A stretch of 33,987 nt of DNA from positions 18,129 through 52,115 of the forward strand of contig BLSG01000283.1 in NCBI GenBank assembly GCA_012862495.1. The letters run 5' to 3'. Every line of letters begins with the position of its first letter. The stretch's first letter is position 1. Position numbers and translations under genes: made by a program. This DNA comes from Thraustochytrium aureum. Taxonomy: Eukaryota. Under the pieces are notes generated by a model. The model had not been told where the DNA came from, searched no databases, and was given only the letters and a program-made list of their open reading frames with translations. Shown here one piece after another: positions 14,098 to 25,560 of the stretch.

Positions 14098-15089
14098 TCA
14101 GTCATCGGCGCTTCCAACGTCGATGCTGCGGTTCGTCATGGTCTGCAAATCGGTAATCCGGAACTGGATGGCGCGCAAATACTCGGCAAGCTGCTGCGCC
14201 TGCGGCATGTTCTTCGTGTGGACGACAGTGCGGCCCTTTGCCCTTGCCGTTGACAAGCACCGCAAATACAAGTTCTTGATGGACATGATCACCTGGCCCG
14301 ACTCGCGGTGCCGGTCTTTGGTGAACCGCTCGCCCTGCTCGCGCTCGTTGTCTGCCTTTACGCGCGCGCACGAATGTCCTCGAGCCGCTTCTGGTTTGCG
14401 TGAATCTCGCTGTTGTGAACGAGCAGCGCGTTTTGCGTCTCCCGCCGGAGTTGGTTGAGCTCGCCTCGGATTTGGTCCATCTCGCGCTCGCCCTCGGCTA
14501 CCAGGCGCTTGAGGTCCAGATTGGCACCGTGTAGCGTCTTGTGCCGGTTGAGGATGTCTGGGATCTCCTCATACTCGCCCTCCGAAGCGTCCACGGCGGC
14601 TTCGAGGTACCTTTGGAAGCAATAAAGCCTGTCTAGGTCGCTTTCAAGACGATCGCGCTCGCTTTGGCAGCTGCCAAGCTCCACGGAGAGGACCGCGAGC
14701 TTGTCCTCCTGCTGCACGCGCAGCTTTGCTTCGTGGCGAGCCTTTTGCTCCGCCCGCGTGCGCTTGGCGTCGTTCTCCTGCACAAACTTTTCAAACCTGG
14801 ACACCTGCTCTTTCATTTCCTGCTGCTTGGCTTCGAACTCGCGCTGCCGCTCGTCGCATGCTTCCATGCGGGCTTTGAACTCCTCCTTCATGAACTCGAG
14901 CGCTTCGTCCACCTCGCGCATCTCCTTTCGCTTTTTCAGCAGCAAGGTGGATTGCGAAGTTTGCGTGACCCCGAACACGAGTGCTTCGAGCTCGCCCTGG
15001 TCGTCATCGCCCCGGGTGCTCACGAGCGCCCCAGTCGGTGCATCAGCCGTCGCCAGGCGAGGCCCGCCTCCTTGGGTGATAAACGCCAT
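14098..15089 (-). CDS. CFAP73/CCDC42 family (DUF4200) flagellar coiled-coil protein
   Basis: TLLLKKRKEMREVDEALEFMKEEFKARM...RFEKFVQENDAKRTRA, YLEAAV...EYEEIPDILNRHKTL; after a frameshift in the (CG)n run near 14360, GQVIMSIKNLYLRC...IQFRITDL to stop 14098. Confidence 0.88.
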
Positions 15090-15620
15090 TTCCCAAAGCA
15101 GCCCTTCCCGCACTCAGCCGTTCCACGCGCACGCACGCACGCCCGCACGCCCCCTTGGCCACCTCGACCGCGTCGCGCGCTCGACCCCGTGAGTTTTTTC
15201 CCACCAAAAGCTGGTCCGTGCGCAGCGCAGCGAGCACAATGTCGACCCCGGGCCAGCCAGGAGCACGTGGACGACCAGCTACACAATGCACACAATGCGC
15301 GCCGTGTACTCCAGCGACGCCTCCGTCGCTGCTGCTGCTGCTGCTGCTCGTGCTGCTTGGGCATCTGCATCGACGGCGGTCGGCCGTCGCCGTCCAACGG
15401 ATCTTCAATGAACAGCTCGTTGCTCATTTGAAAGATTGTCCTTTGATGGTTTGTGGACGAAGGCGTGCGTCGTGCCAGGTGCAGACAGAGCCTCTCGAGC
15501 CACCTGCTGCGGAGCTGCGCTGGGACGTCTTGAAGCGTGGCACGTCGGTGTGAGTCGCGCGCGAGTCCGTGAGGTCCAGGAAGTGCGAGTTTGGGCTTTG
15601 GTGGCGTTCGAGCGGACGAA

Positions 15621-16701
15621 ATGGTCGTCGGAATCGCGATTCGCGCACAGGCGCTCAGGCGCTCGACCCTCCTTGGCGCGCGCGCGCTGAGCGCTGCGGC
15701 GGGCAAGAACCCCAAGGTGTTTTTCGATGTGGAGGTCAACTCCAAGCCGGAAGGGCGCGTTACCATCGAGCTCCGGGCGGGTAAGTTGTTGGGAGACCGG
15801 GCGGGAAGAGGAGCTGAGCCTCGCTGACCAGCGCGTTTCTGCCGGCCTGCCCGCGCGCAGACGTTGCCCCGAAGACGGCGGAGAACTTTCGCCAGCTCTG
15901 TACCGGTGAGGCTGGCAAGGGCAAGTCTGGCGTTGCCCTGCACTACAAGGGGAGCTCGTTCCACCGCATCATCCCCGGGTTTATGATTCAGGTGAGTGGC
16001 TGGTTGCCAAGCGCGGCGCTCTNNNNNNNNNNNNNNNNNNNNNNNNNNNNNNNNNNNNNNNNNNNNNNNNNNNNNNNNNNNNNNNNNNNNNNNNNNNNNN
16101 NNNNNNNNNNNNNNNNNNNNNNNNNNNNNNNNNNNNNNNNNNNNNNNNNNNNNNNNNNNNNNNNNNNNNNNNNNNNNNNNNNNNNNNNNNNNNNNNNNNN
16201 NNNNNNNNNNNNNNNNNNNNNNNNNNNNNNNNNNNNNNNNNNNNNNNNNNNNNNNNGCTCTCGTAGCAGCGCCTAAAGCGACGGCTTGCTAACGCACTGA
16301 ATTGCGCGATGGCAGGGCGGGGACTTTACCCGCCACAACGGCACGGGCGGCGAATCGATCTACGGCGAAAAGTTTGCGGACGGTACGTTTATTTCGTGGC
16401 GTTTGGCTTACAGCAACGTCTTGGATGCAACGCTGACTCGAGGCTGGCCGCCACCCCAGAAAACTTTAAGCTGAAGCACGCCGGCCCGGGGACGCTCAGC
16501 ATGGCGAACGCTGGCCCGAACACGAACGGGAGCCAGTTTTTCATTTGCACCGCCGACACCCCGTGGCTCGACGGCAACCACACCGTGTTTGGCAGTGTCA
16601 TCGAAGGCATGGACGTCATCGAGAAGATCGAGTCGTACGGTAGCCGAAGCGGAGCGCCGGCTGCGACTTGCACCATCGCTGACTGCGGCGAGCTCGAGTA
16701 A
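15621..16701 (+). CDS. Cyclophilin-type peptidyl-prolyl isomerase, probably mitochondrial; exons 15621-15780, 15861-15991, 16316-16382, 16460-16701
   Basis: [95 protein letters not shown]. Three GT-AG introns with CTGAC/CTAAC branch-like motifs restore the frame. Arg/Ala-rich presequence-like N-terminus; start tentative. Confidence 0.96.
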
Positions 16702-16863
16702 TCTGCGAGCACAGCACCTTTCCAGAGCGCGAACCTGGCTGGCAGCAATCCGAATTGATTTTCCCATTTCCCTCTGTCCACGGCTTGCGATCCGGCTCTA
16801 CTTGAGCTAGCGCGCTTTCAAGCGTCGCCGCCAGGTCGCTTGCTGGTTCCTCCCGGTGCTCGC

Positions 16864-17094
16864 TCATGGCTTGCTGTCTGCCGCTGCGCCGGCGCGGCCC
16901 TCTGCCTTGTGCACGGGCAGTGGCTTGCCCATGATCGCAGCCCACCTCGCAGTCACATCTGCCGCTTGCTCGTAGTCGCCCGAAAGCGTGGTCAGGTCCG
17001 AGACCATAGCCTGCAGCGCGGTATCCACGGCCTCTAGGCTCTGCCGCAAGCTCTGGAGCACGGCAACCTCGGACGCGCTGTTGGAGGCCGGCAT
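16864..17094 (-). CDS. 76-aa helical protein, DASH/Dam1 complex Duo1/Dad2-like (tentative)
   Basis: ATG 17094; single amphipathic helix EVAVLQSLRQSLEAVDTALQAMVSDLTTLSGDYEQAADVTARWAAIM with a late Trp, as I recall for Duo1/Dad2. Confidence 0.45.
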   Translation of the reverse strand: MPASNSASEVAVLQSLRQSLEAVDTALQAMVSDLTTLSGDYEQAADVTARWAAIMGKPLPVHKAEGRAGAAADSKP

Positions 17095-17623
17095 TTTCGC
17101 AACGCCTGCCGCCAACCCGTCGCGCGCTGTGCTGGCCACAAGCGGCAAAGCGCACTGCGGATCGCTCCGCAGACGCAGAGGCCGTGGGCGCGGCGGGTCG
17201 CTGCGCAGCCCGCAGAGGCTTGGCCACCTGACAGTGGCGAGAGAGTAGGTAACATTCATGAACAGCGACGGCTGAGCATTTAGAGGGATTTAGTTCCGTT
17301 CGCGGTGCGCGTTGCCAAGCCAGCCAGCCGCCACATTACCGCTGCCGAGCCAACCACATCACCGCGGCGCATCGATTGGATCGGCCCCAGCTCGCCGCGT
17401 GGCCGCGTGGCCGCGTGGAGCGCCACGGTAGCTCGGATAAGACGCCATCAGAGGACCAGTGCCGCTTTCCGGTCCGAGCTGCCCAAATACCTGGCAGCGT
17501 GGCGTGCCCTCGGCAAGCCTGAGGCGCCGCCAACGCAGGACAACGCGGGTGAAGGCTGCTCGGAAGAGCGAGCCGCGACCAGGGACGGGGTTGCTACTAC
17601 TCGTTGAACGCTGCTCTGACGGT

Positions 17624-20351
17624 ATGGATGCCGACGAGCCTGCCGCTTTGGCGGCAGAGGCCGACGGGTTCAATGTGACGTTTAGGCCTGGCGAGTCTCT
17701 TGGGATACGGCTCGCGCCGCTCGGCGCAGGCGTCGGGGCAGTCTTCGATGGATGGGTAAAAGGAAAGACAAGCGTTGGGGAAAATCACGACAGGCTTCAA
17801 GTTGGTGACCGGCTGGTAAGTATTGGGGCGACACCCGTGAGCTCGTCGGCAGCTTTCGAGCGGATCGCGCGCGAAGTCAAGGCTGCAGCAGCATCGGCAC
17901 TTGAAGAGCTCAGGAGAGAGGAGGAGTCACAAAAAGTACAAGAGGAGCTTGCCGTGATGCGCGGCGCGCCCATCCTGTCCAAACGAAACACAAAGTTTGA
18001 AACGAGTCGGCGAGGAACGGGGCTTGCGAGCAAACGCATTTCGCTCCGCTTCGCCAAGCCGCGCGAAAGCAAGGTCGTCTACGTGGAGGAAGAGGACGCC
18101 GACGGTCGGTTAGGGATGTGGTTTCGGCCGACCAACAGCCTCATGTACGGCGCTCGGTTTGTTGGCTGCGCCAGTGACGCCCCGAGCGAGCTCCTCGCGC
18201 GCATGGCATCGGTGAGCCCCGGCCAGGTCCTAGTGGCTGTTGCAGGAAGGTCCGTGGAGGGCCTCAAGTTCAACTTGGTTTTAGAGTCGATTGGACAAGC
18301 CACCTGGCCGCTCGAGCTTCGGTTCGGCTCGGACGACCTAGCAGACGAGGCCGGAGCTGGCGACGGCCAGGGATTCGAGTATGACCCTGACGAGTACGCC
18401 GTCGCCGCCTCGGACGAGAGCGATAGCGAGGAGGAAGAAGACTCTGAAGCCAAGAATCGCGAAAGCGCCGGCCCTGCAAAATCAGGGTCTAGCCGGCCTG
18501 ACAAAGCCGGGCCCGCCACGCATTTGACAAGATTTCGCACGCTGGCCGACCGGGAGGACGGGTACCAGCGGGTCGTGGGAAGCTCCTTTGCTCGAAAGCA
18601 TATGCAGGCCTTTTTCCAGAGTATCGCTCAAGGCGATCGCGAGGCGTTCGAGACGCGCTTGGCAAGCGGGCAGGACCTGAGCGTCCGAGACGACATGGGC
18701 CTCACGCCACTTCACGTCGCCGCAGGCTTACCAGACGCGGATGCCGTACATTTTATCAGCCACTTGCTCGCGGAAGGGCACCCAGTGAATGAGGAGGGCT
18801 CGCACAACGGGGAGACTGCAATGCACGTTGCGGCTGGCGCAGGCCGAGTCCAGGTCCTCGAGCTGCTCCGGAAGGCCGGCGCCAACCTCAACGCGGAAGA
18901 CTTTCTCGGTCGTACACCGCTGTTGGTCGCCGTCATCAACGAGCGGGCCGGCGCCGCGCTCACTTTGATAGAAATGCGCGCACACGCCAGGGCGTGCGTG
19001 CAAGAGTCTGGCTGGACTTGCCTCCACTATGCTGCGCAGGCTGGCCGCGACGACCTGGTGAGCATGCTGCTGGACAAAGCGAACGCAGATCCGCACAAAG
19101 TCTCGAGGCCAGGACCGTTTCGCTTACCACGCACAGCACTTCAAGTGGCGCGCGAGGCAGGTTGTGCCCATGCCGCGGGGATTCTGCACGAGCGCTTGGC
19201 TCGGGAGCCTCTGCAGCGCGTTTGGCCCCGCAGCTCTCACTGGGTCGTGGACGATCCGACGCTGGCCGTTCCCGAGCTGCTGTGGCGGCATGGCAAAATG
19301 TTTGATCCCTTGCTTCCCCTTGCTGCGAGCGAGCGCGACGACTCTATTCTGCGGCTGCACCAGCATCGGCGGCAGCGGCCTCGTGGTCGCCAGGAGAAGC
19401 GCGCGCTGGAAAAGCGCGAAGAGGAGCTCTTCGAGTCGCTTGCTGCAGATGAAAGCGGCGAGATCTGGCTTGGAGCGAGGGCTGCGCTTTCTGTCGAATG
19501 GGCTTTGGAGCGCAAGAAGATCGACGCTGTCGTTCTCGTCGTTGACGCTCCGCACTTTGACGATTTCCGCGATAGAAACAAGTGGATCAGCAAGCTTGAC
19601 TTGCACGTGGTCCTGGAGCCGCCGACGAGCTTTCGGTCGTTTTGCAAGGATGTCATGCCGGTAAGTCGCTCAAACGGTTTGGAGATTCGCCAAGCTTGGC
19701 CTGGAGGCTGACCGACTTGCGCTCCGCACTCTGCTGCCCCGGTCGTAGGGCGCGGTCAGGTTTGTGCACAAGGCCCTTGAGGCAGGCAACGAGTTCTCNN
19801 NNNNNNNNNNNNNNNNNNNNNNNNNNNNNNNNNNNNNNNNNNNNNNNNNNNNNNNNNNNNNNNNNNNNNNNNNNNNNNNNNNNNNNNNNNNNNNNNNNNN
19901 NNNNNNNNNNNNNNNNNNNNNNNNNNNNNNNNNNNNAAGGCCCTTGAGGCAGGCAAACGAGTTCTCGTGGCAAGATTTGGGGAGGAGGGACCCCAGCGGC
20001 GCGGTCCAGCTACAGGTCCCGGTTGCCATCGCTTTGGCGGCGCTCATGGCCAAGCGGGAGCTGCCGTTTCAGCCGCTGTGGCACACCTTCCAGCAGCGGT
20101 GCTACCACTACACCTGGGATGGAGCGCTCGCCAAGTACAAGTATGTCATCAACGCGTCGCCGTTTGAAACGACGGAGGAGCAATTGGTGAGGCTACAGGT
20201 CGCGCATGACGTTTTCTGGGACCGCCCGCGAGCGGGCATCTCCGAGGCCTGGGTCGAAGGATTGCAAGCGCTCGATGACCAGATCCATGCGCGCAAGCTC
20301 GAGCGGACGCGGCGCAGCCAGATCGCGTTTCGTGCCAACTTTGTTATGTAG
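17624..20351 (+). CDS. Multidomain protein: two PDZ-like domains, acidic linker, ankyrin repeats, dual-specificity-phosphatase-like domain lacking the catalytic motif; intron 19661-19748
   Basis: PDZ-like FNVTFRPGESLGIRL...LQVGDRLVSIG and RLGMWF...VSPGQVLVAVAG...WPLELRF; ANK motifs GLTPLHVAA, GETAMHVAA, GRTPLLVAV, GWTCLHYAA, RTALQVA; DSP-like EIWLGARAA...IDAVVLV...AVRFVHKALEAG...AIALAALM. GTAAGT/CTGAC/TAG intron, phase 0. Confidence 0.85.
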
Positions 20352-20982
20352 ATTTCCTTGTCGCAAAGAGTTTTCTACAGCGTGCAGCCCCAAGAATGAA
20401 GTGGCGCAGCGCGCAAGTCCATGCCTTCAAAAGGTTTGGCAGTGCGTCTCTTTTAGCGTTGCGCAGATTTTAAAAGCCGCACCAGGAATGGGGGAAAGCG
20501 ACAAGCCATGAGATGATTTCTCAAAGTGTTCGAAGAGGCCTTGATCGCTCGTGGGCTGCCCGGACGGGCAACGAATCCCAGATGTCCAGATGCCGCCAGC
20601 AATTTACGGATGGCAGCGCAACGATACTGCCGTATCAAACGCGTCGACGATCAGAATTCAGATCTCGTCGAGATCTCATCAGGCAGCGCCTTTTCCCTCG
20701 GGACGATCCATTCTGACACTGGCTCACTCTATCTACGAAAAAGAAGCAAGCGTTTCATGTGGGGCCGCGTGCAGAAGAGCCCCCAGTGCAGTCCCGTAGG
20801 AGCCAGACAGACCACCAAAAGCCCGAAGGTGGCGCAGAGCCTGACGAAGAACGGACTCGCGAGCCGCGATGAGTTTTGAAGTTCGCAGGGCTTCCCGTTA
20901 GGCGAACAAGAGAAGCTCACTGTTCCCCAAAGGAACAAAGCGATCTGTTCATTGACAGAAGCGGTTTGATGGATGAGTGAGC

Positions 20983-21310
20983 GGCGGCAGCAGCGGCAGG
21001 CAGGCACCCAACAGCGGCAGACGCGAGGCAGCAGCACCAGCAGCGGCAGCACCAGCAGCGGCAGCGCCAGCAGCGCCAGCAGCAGCACGAGCTGGTGAAT
21101 CCCCAGCAGCGCCCGCAGGAGCACGTGGATCTGCGGCGCGTACAGGAGCACTTGGATCGCGGCGCCACCCCTGGGGCAGCAGCCCCACTTGCCAGGAGCA
21201 CCAGCGCCAGGATCAGGGAGCACCAGGAGCGCCAGTACCGCTAGGAGCACCAGCGCCTCAAGGACCAGGAGCGCCAGCACCACCAGGAGCGCCAAGCCCA
21301 CTTGGAGCAA
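20983..21310. repeat. Degenerate CAG/CAGGAGCACCAGCGCC low-complexity repeat
   Basis: Runs of cagcagc-type units followed by recurring caggagcaccag/caggagcgccag units; no single consistent reading frame. Confidence 0.7.
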
Positions 21311-21888
21311 GCACCAGGGGCGCAAAGCCCGCTTGCTAGGAACAAAAAGCCCGCTTCTAGCAGCAAAAAGCCCACTTGCTTGGAGCACGCGCAGACGTCC
21401 ACCAGCGGCAGGCGCAAAGCACCAGCATCGGCGGGGCTCAGAGTGCGAGCGGTGGCTACGAGGAAAGGAAAGTGCGTAGGACAAGCGATCTTTAAACAAG
21501 GGCGCGCCCTCCGACTGCAGCGCGGTGGCGGCGAGACAGTTGCGACGGCTTGGTTGGCGTAGCGTGGCGGTGGAGCAAGCGCGGCGATCAGGTCGAGTAG
21601 GACAAGCGCTTTTTAGCAGCTTTGCGCACTACTCACGTGGAACCGAGCGAGGGTGCGTGCCCAATCAGCAGCTGGAGTTGCTTCCAGCTGCGAGGGCAAG
21701 CGCTAGGAAGGCGGAGCAACGTGCGCCTACGTGCAGTTCTCGCGCGAGGTCGTCCCAGTTGAAGGAAAGGGATTCAAAAGAAAAGCGAAATCGCGGGCAG
21801 CCAAGTGGCGGCGAGGGCGCGTCAACGGCCGAGCGTCAGCTAGCCACACGGTGGAGCCTACAACGTGTGCCCTGCGGAAGCTAGCGTG

Positions 21889-24064
21889 ATGATGGCCCAA
21901 ACCCACCGACCCAGCAATGGCGGCGAGACTGCAGAGTCGTTTGCTGATCCTGACCCGGAACAAAAGGCAGTGGCTTTCGGGCTCGTCCGCGAGGGAAAGT
22001 TTGACCAGGCGTTTCGCCTCCTGGCGCCGCGGAACGAGCAAAACGGGCGAAAGGGTGGAAAAGGGTCCCTGGAAGCCGCTCTGAGCGGCGCAAGCGTGCC
22101 GGACATTACGGCGGAAAATATTGACCTGGCGAGGGAGCTGGTTGCCCTGCTATGCACAATCGACCAGCTGGCTCGCGCATCCAAGATCGTGGAGAAGTGC
22201 CCTCCGCACCTCATCTCGCAGCTCAACCTGGGCGGCGTAGTGGACAGCATGATCCGGCGCCGGCGCTTCGAGATGGCGTCCCGCGCAATCTCCAACTTTG
22301 GTCTGCTCGACAGGTGCGACGTCAACCTCTTGCATAGGTTCCTGTCTGCGCTTGTGACCAAGGGCCAGTACCGCCTCGCTGTCGAGTGGGCGCGAAAGCT
22401 GGCCGAGTGGGAAATGAAGTCTCAAAAGCAGCTCCCCGAATTCCTGCGGTGGACACCCACCGCTCTCGTCTCCGCGATGGTGATGGCCGAAGACCACGAC
22501 GATGCTCTTAAGTTCATCGCCGAACTCAACCTTCGCAACGAGATCCCGGTCCAACACCTTATCGGAAGAATGCTCGCCGCGTCAAAGTTCAAGGAGGCGC
22601 TGGAGCACATCAAAAAGTTTCAGCTCGAGTCGAGCTACCCGCCGCTTCAGCTGATGAACGGCATGCTGGACGCGCAGCAGTGGGAGACGGCCATAAAGTT
22701 TGCCGACGAGGTGCCCGCGCTCTGGGACCACTTTCCCAAAGCCCAGTTCGTGGAGAGGATGATCGCGGCGCGCGACTGGACCGCAGCGACCACGTACATC
22801 CGGCAGTTTGGTCTGGTCAAGTCGCCGCGCGACCGCAGCGAGCCCTTGTCCCCTGTCCTTGTCGACCTCATCCGCGCCCTCATCGCGTCGTCGGAACTGT
22901 TCAAGGCCATGAAGTACGTCCTCAAGTACGAGCTGCAGGACGAATTCCCCCCCTGCCAAGCTGATCCAGAGCATGATCGACATGCGCCAGCACGAGCATG
23001 CGGTGCGGTACATGCACATGCNNNNNNNNNNNNNNNNNNNNNNNNNNNNNNNNNNNNNNNNNNNNNNNNNNNNNNNNNNNNNNNNNNNNNNNNNNNNNNN
23101 NNNNNNNNNNNNNNNNNNNNNNNNNNNNNNNNNNNNNNNNNNNNNNNNNNNNNNNNNNNNNNNNNNNNNNNNNNNNNNNNNNNNNNNNNNNNNNNNNNNN
23201 NNNNNNNNNNNNNNNNNNNNNNNNNNNNNNNNNNNNNNNNNNNNNNNNNNNNNNNNNNNNNNNNNNNNNNNNNNNNNNNNNNNNNNNNNNNNNNNNNNNN
23301 NNNNNNNNNNNNNNNNNNNNNNNNNNNNNNNNNNNNNNNNNNNNNNNNNNNNNNNNNNNNNNNNNNNNNNNNNNNNNNNNNNNNNNNNNNNNNNNNNNNN
23401 NNNNNNNNNNNNNNNNNNNNNNNNNNNNNNNNNNNNNNNNNNNNNNNNNNNNNNNNNNNNNNNNNNNNNNNNNNNNNNNNNNNNNNNNNNNNNNNNNNNN
23501 NNNNNNNNNNNNNNNNNNNNNNNNNNNNNNNNNNNNNNNNNNNNNNNNNNNNNNNNNNNNNNNNNNNNNNNNNNNNNNNNNNNNNNNNNNNNNNNNNNNN
23601 NNNNNNNNNNNNNNNNNNNNNNNNNNNNNNNNNNNNNNNNNNNNNNNNNNNNNNNNNNNNNNNNNNNNNNNNNNNNNNNNNNNNNNNNNNNNNNNNNNNN
23701 NNNNNNNNNNNNNNNNNNNNNNNNNNNNNNNNNNNNNNNNNNNNNNNNNNNNNNNNNNNNNNNNNNNNNNNNNNNNNNNNNNNNNNNNNNNNNNNNNNNN
23801 NNNNNNNNNNNNNNNNNNNNNNNNNNNNNNNNNNNNNNNNNNNNNNNNNNNNNNNNNNNNNNNNNNNNNNNNNNNNNNNNNNNNNNNNNNNNNNNNNNNN
23901 NNNNNNTTTCACGGGATGCCGCAGGCCGCGCAACGAACCAGATGGGTGGTAGCTTGCAGCAGCATGTGCAGCATGAAGCGCAGGGGGGGCAAGGCCATGA
24001 AGCGGGCTCCGGCGCGTCGCTGATGCCGACTCAGGTTCGCCGCAAGAAGAAGGCTGCGAAGTGA
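21889..24064 (+). CDS. Alpha-solenoid protein with about 8 visible ~31-aa tandem helical repeats (FRIGIDA/MUT-7 N-terminal-like); middle in gap 23022-23906
   Basis: Repeats such as VQHLIGRMLAASKFKEALEHIKKFQLESSYP and LVDLIRALIASSELFKAMKYVLKYELQDEFP; one extra C in the C7 run at 22947-22953. Post-gap segment ending LMPTQVRRKKKAAK* is the probable C-terminus (inferred). Confidence 0.8.
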
Positions 24065-24249
24065 ACCCCCTGGAGGTTGGCCTCCATCTCTTTTGAACAA
24101 TGTTGCAGAGGGCTTTTTTAAACACACTGGCAACCAGTGCGCAGCATCATAGCACCCTAACGCGATTTTGTTTGTTTTGGTGTTTGTCAAACCGGCAAGC
24201 CGCGCGATGCGGCGAGGCCCAAAAGCGGACTTGGGACTGTTCCTTTTCC

Positions 24250-25560
24250 TCAGGGCTCCTCATGCGCGCTCGCTTTGAGCAATTCTGGACCATGGCCCTC
24301 CCCTGAGGACAACGATATCCGCAAGAGCGCCTCATGCGCGACGAGGGCGACAGACAGAATGGCGGCACACCACGACGAAATGACAGCAGTGCTCATGTGG
24401 CCAATGTTGAGCAGCACGATCACAACAAATACATTGAGCGGGATGCGGAAAAAGTTGAGGACCGTCGCCCGGACCTCCTCCGGGATGTGCTTGGAGCGCA
24501 GGTAAGCAATGGATGGAAAGTAGACGCCCACGCAGGCCTCAAAGACGCAGAACGACAACAGACAGACCGTGTGGCTCGAGGTGAGCGATGTGACGATCAT
24601 GCTACACAGCGCAAAGCACGCGTTGATCTTCATAATTCGCTCCGTCACGAGCGACTTGAGCGCCTCTTGGTAAAGGTGCGTCCCGATCATGATCGCCACC
24701 ATAAAGCAGGCAAACACGACGCCGTGCGGAATGTCGTCGTCCGTTGAACTCTCAAGGATCGGAGTCCATGAAAACACGAATATGTACATGGTACCCTCGA
24801 AGCACGACTGGATAAAGCCAAGGAGCCATATTTTCGGGTTGTTGGCCATGATGACCCAGCCCACGGCAAAGTTGCCACCGGGAGCAGCCGTGCGGTCCCC
24901 GTAGTTTTCGCCCCAAAACCTGAGGATCGCAAGCGCACCGAGCACGAGGAAGACGATGGCAGTATCGAAAGGCGCGACATAGCCGCCGTGAGCGGAGACG
25001 AGTTCGGCCAGCACTGCGCAGCCAACCGCTCCAAGGCTGGTTAGGAACGTCATGTACGAAAAGGTTTTGACGAGCCACTCGTCCGGGTACGCGTTGCGCT
25101 TGTGCTCGTGCATCATCCAGGCCTCGAAAACGCTGAAGAGGATCGAGGTCGACACGCCGCCCAAGACGCGGCCGAAGAGGAGAACGTTGAACTGCTGCGA
25201 GTGCTTGGTCAAGCAGGACCCGGCATACATGACGCAGAAGGCGAGGCAGGTGCGCTTGCGGCCGATCTGGTCTGACAGTCCGCCGATCAAGGTTCCGAAG
25301 ACGGCAGAGCTGAAGAATCCGGTCACGAAGAGGAAGCCAATCTCCGACTTGGTAAAACCGTAGAAAGAGTACAGCTTGTAGAGGTGCGGGCCCTGGATCC
25401 AGTCTGCCGCCGTCACCAGCAGGTAGACTGCCAGAAACTTGCGTTGGAAGTCATTAAACTCGCCCGTCGTGGGTATCTTGCGGAGCGCCTCGTACTGCTT
25501 CCGAGAGAGCACCGCGCAGCCCGCCACGAGCACGCAGAGCGTGCCCAAGTACACTGACAT
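24250..25560 (-). CDS. MFSD5: Molybdate-anion transporter MOT2/MFSD5 family (MFS)
   Basis: Intact 436-aa ORF with FQRKFLAVYLLVTAADWIQGPHLYKLYSFYG, GRVLGGVSTSILFSVFEAWM, APFD, WGENYG, FEGTMYIFVFSWTP, IPHGVVFACFM, VRATVLNFFRIPLN. Confidence 0.95.
   Translation of the reverse strand: MSVYLGTLCVLVAGCAVLSRKQYEALRKIPTTGEFNDFQRKFLAVYLLVTAADWIQGPHLYKLYSFYGFTKSEIGFLFVTGFFSSAVFGTLIGGLSDQIGRKRTCLAFCVMYAGSCLTKHSQQFNVLLFGRVLGGVSTSILFSVFEAWMMHEHKRNAYPDEWLVKTFSYMTFLTSLGAVGCAVLAELVSAHGGYVAPFDTAIVFLVLGALAILRFWGENYGDRTAAPGGNFAVGWVIMANNPKIWLLGFIQSCFEGTMYIFVFSWTPILESSTDDDIPHGVVFACFMVAIMIGTHLYQEALKSLVTERIMKINACFALCSMIVTSLTSSHTVCLLSFCVFEACVGVYFPSIAYLRSKHIPEEVRATVLNFFRIPLNVFVVIVLLNIGHMSTAVISSWCAAILSVALVAHEALLRISLSSGEGHGPELLKASAHEEP

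Noticed and set aside
15020..15427. Minus-strand ORF MSNELFIEDPLDG...QQQQQQ upstream of CFAP73
   Set aside because: Becomes Arg/Cys/Trp-rich and implausible after the CAG tract and is out of frame with CFAP73; cannot be supported as a gene.
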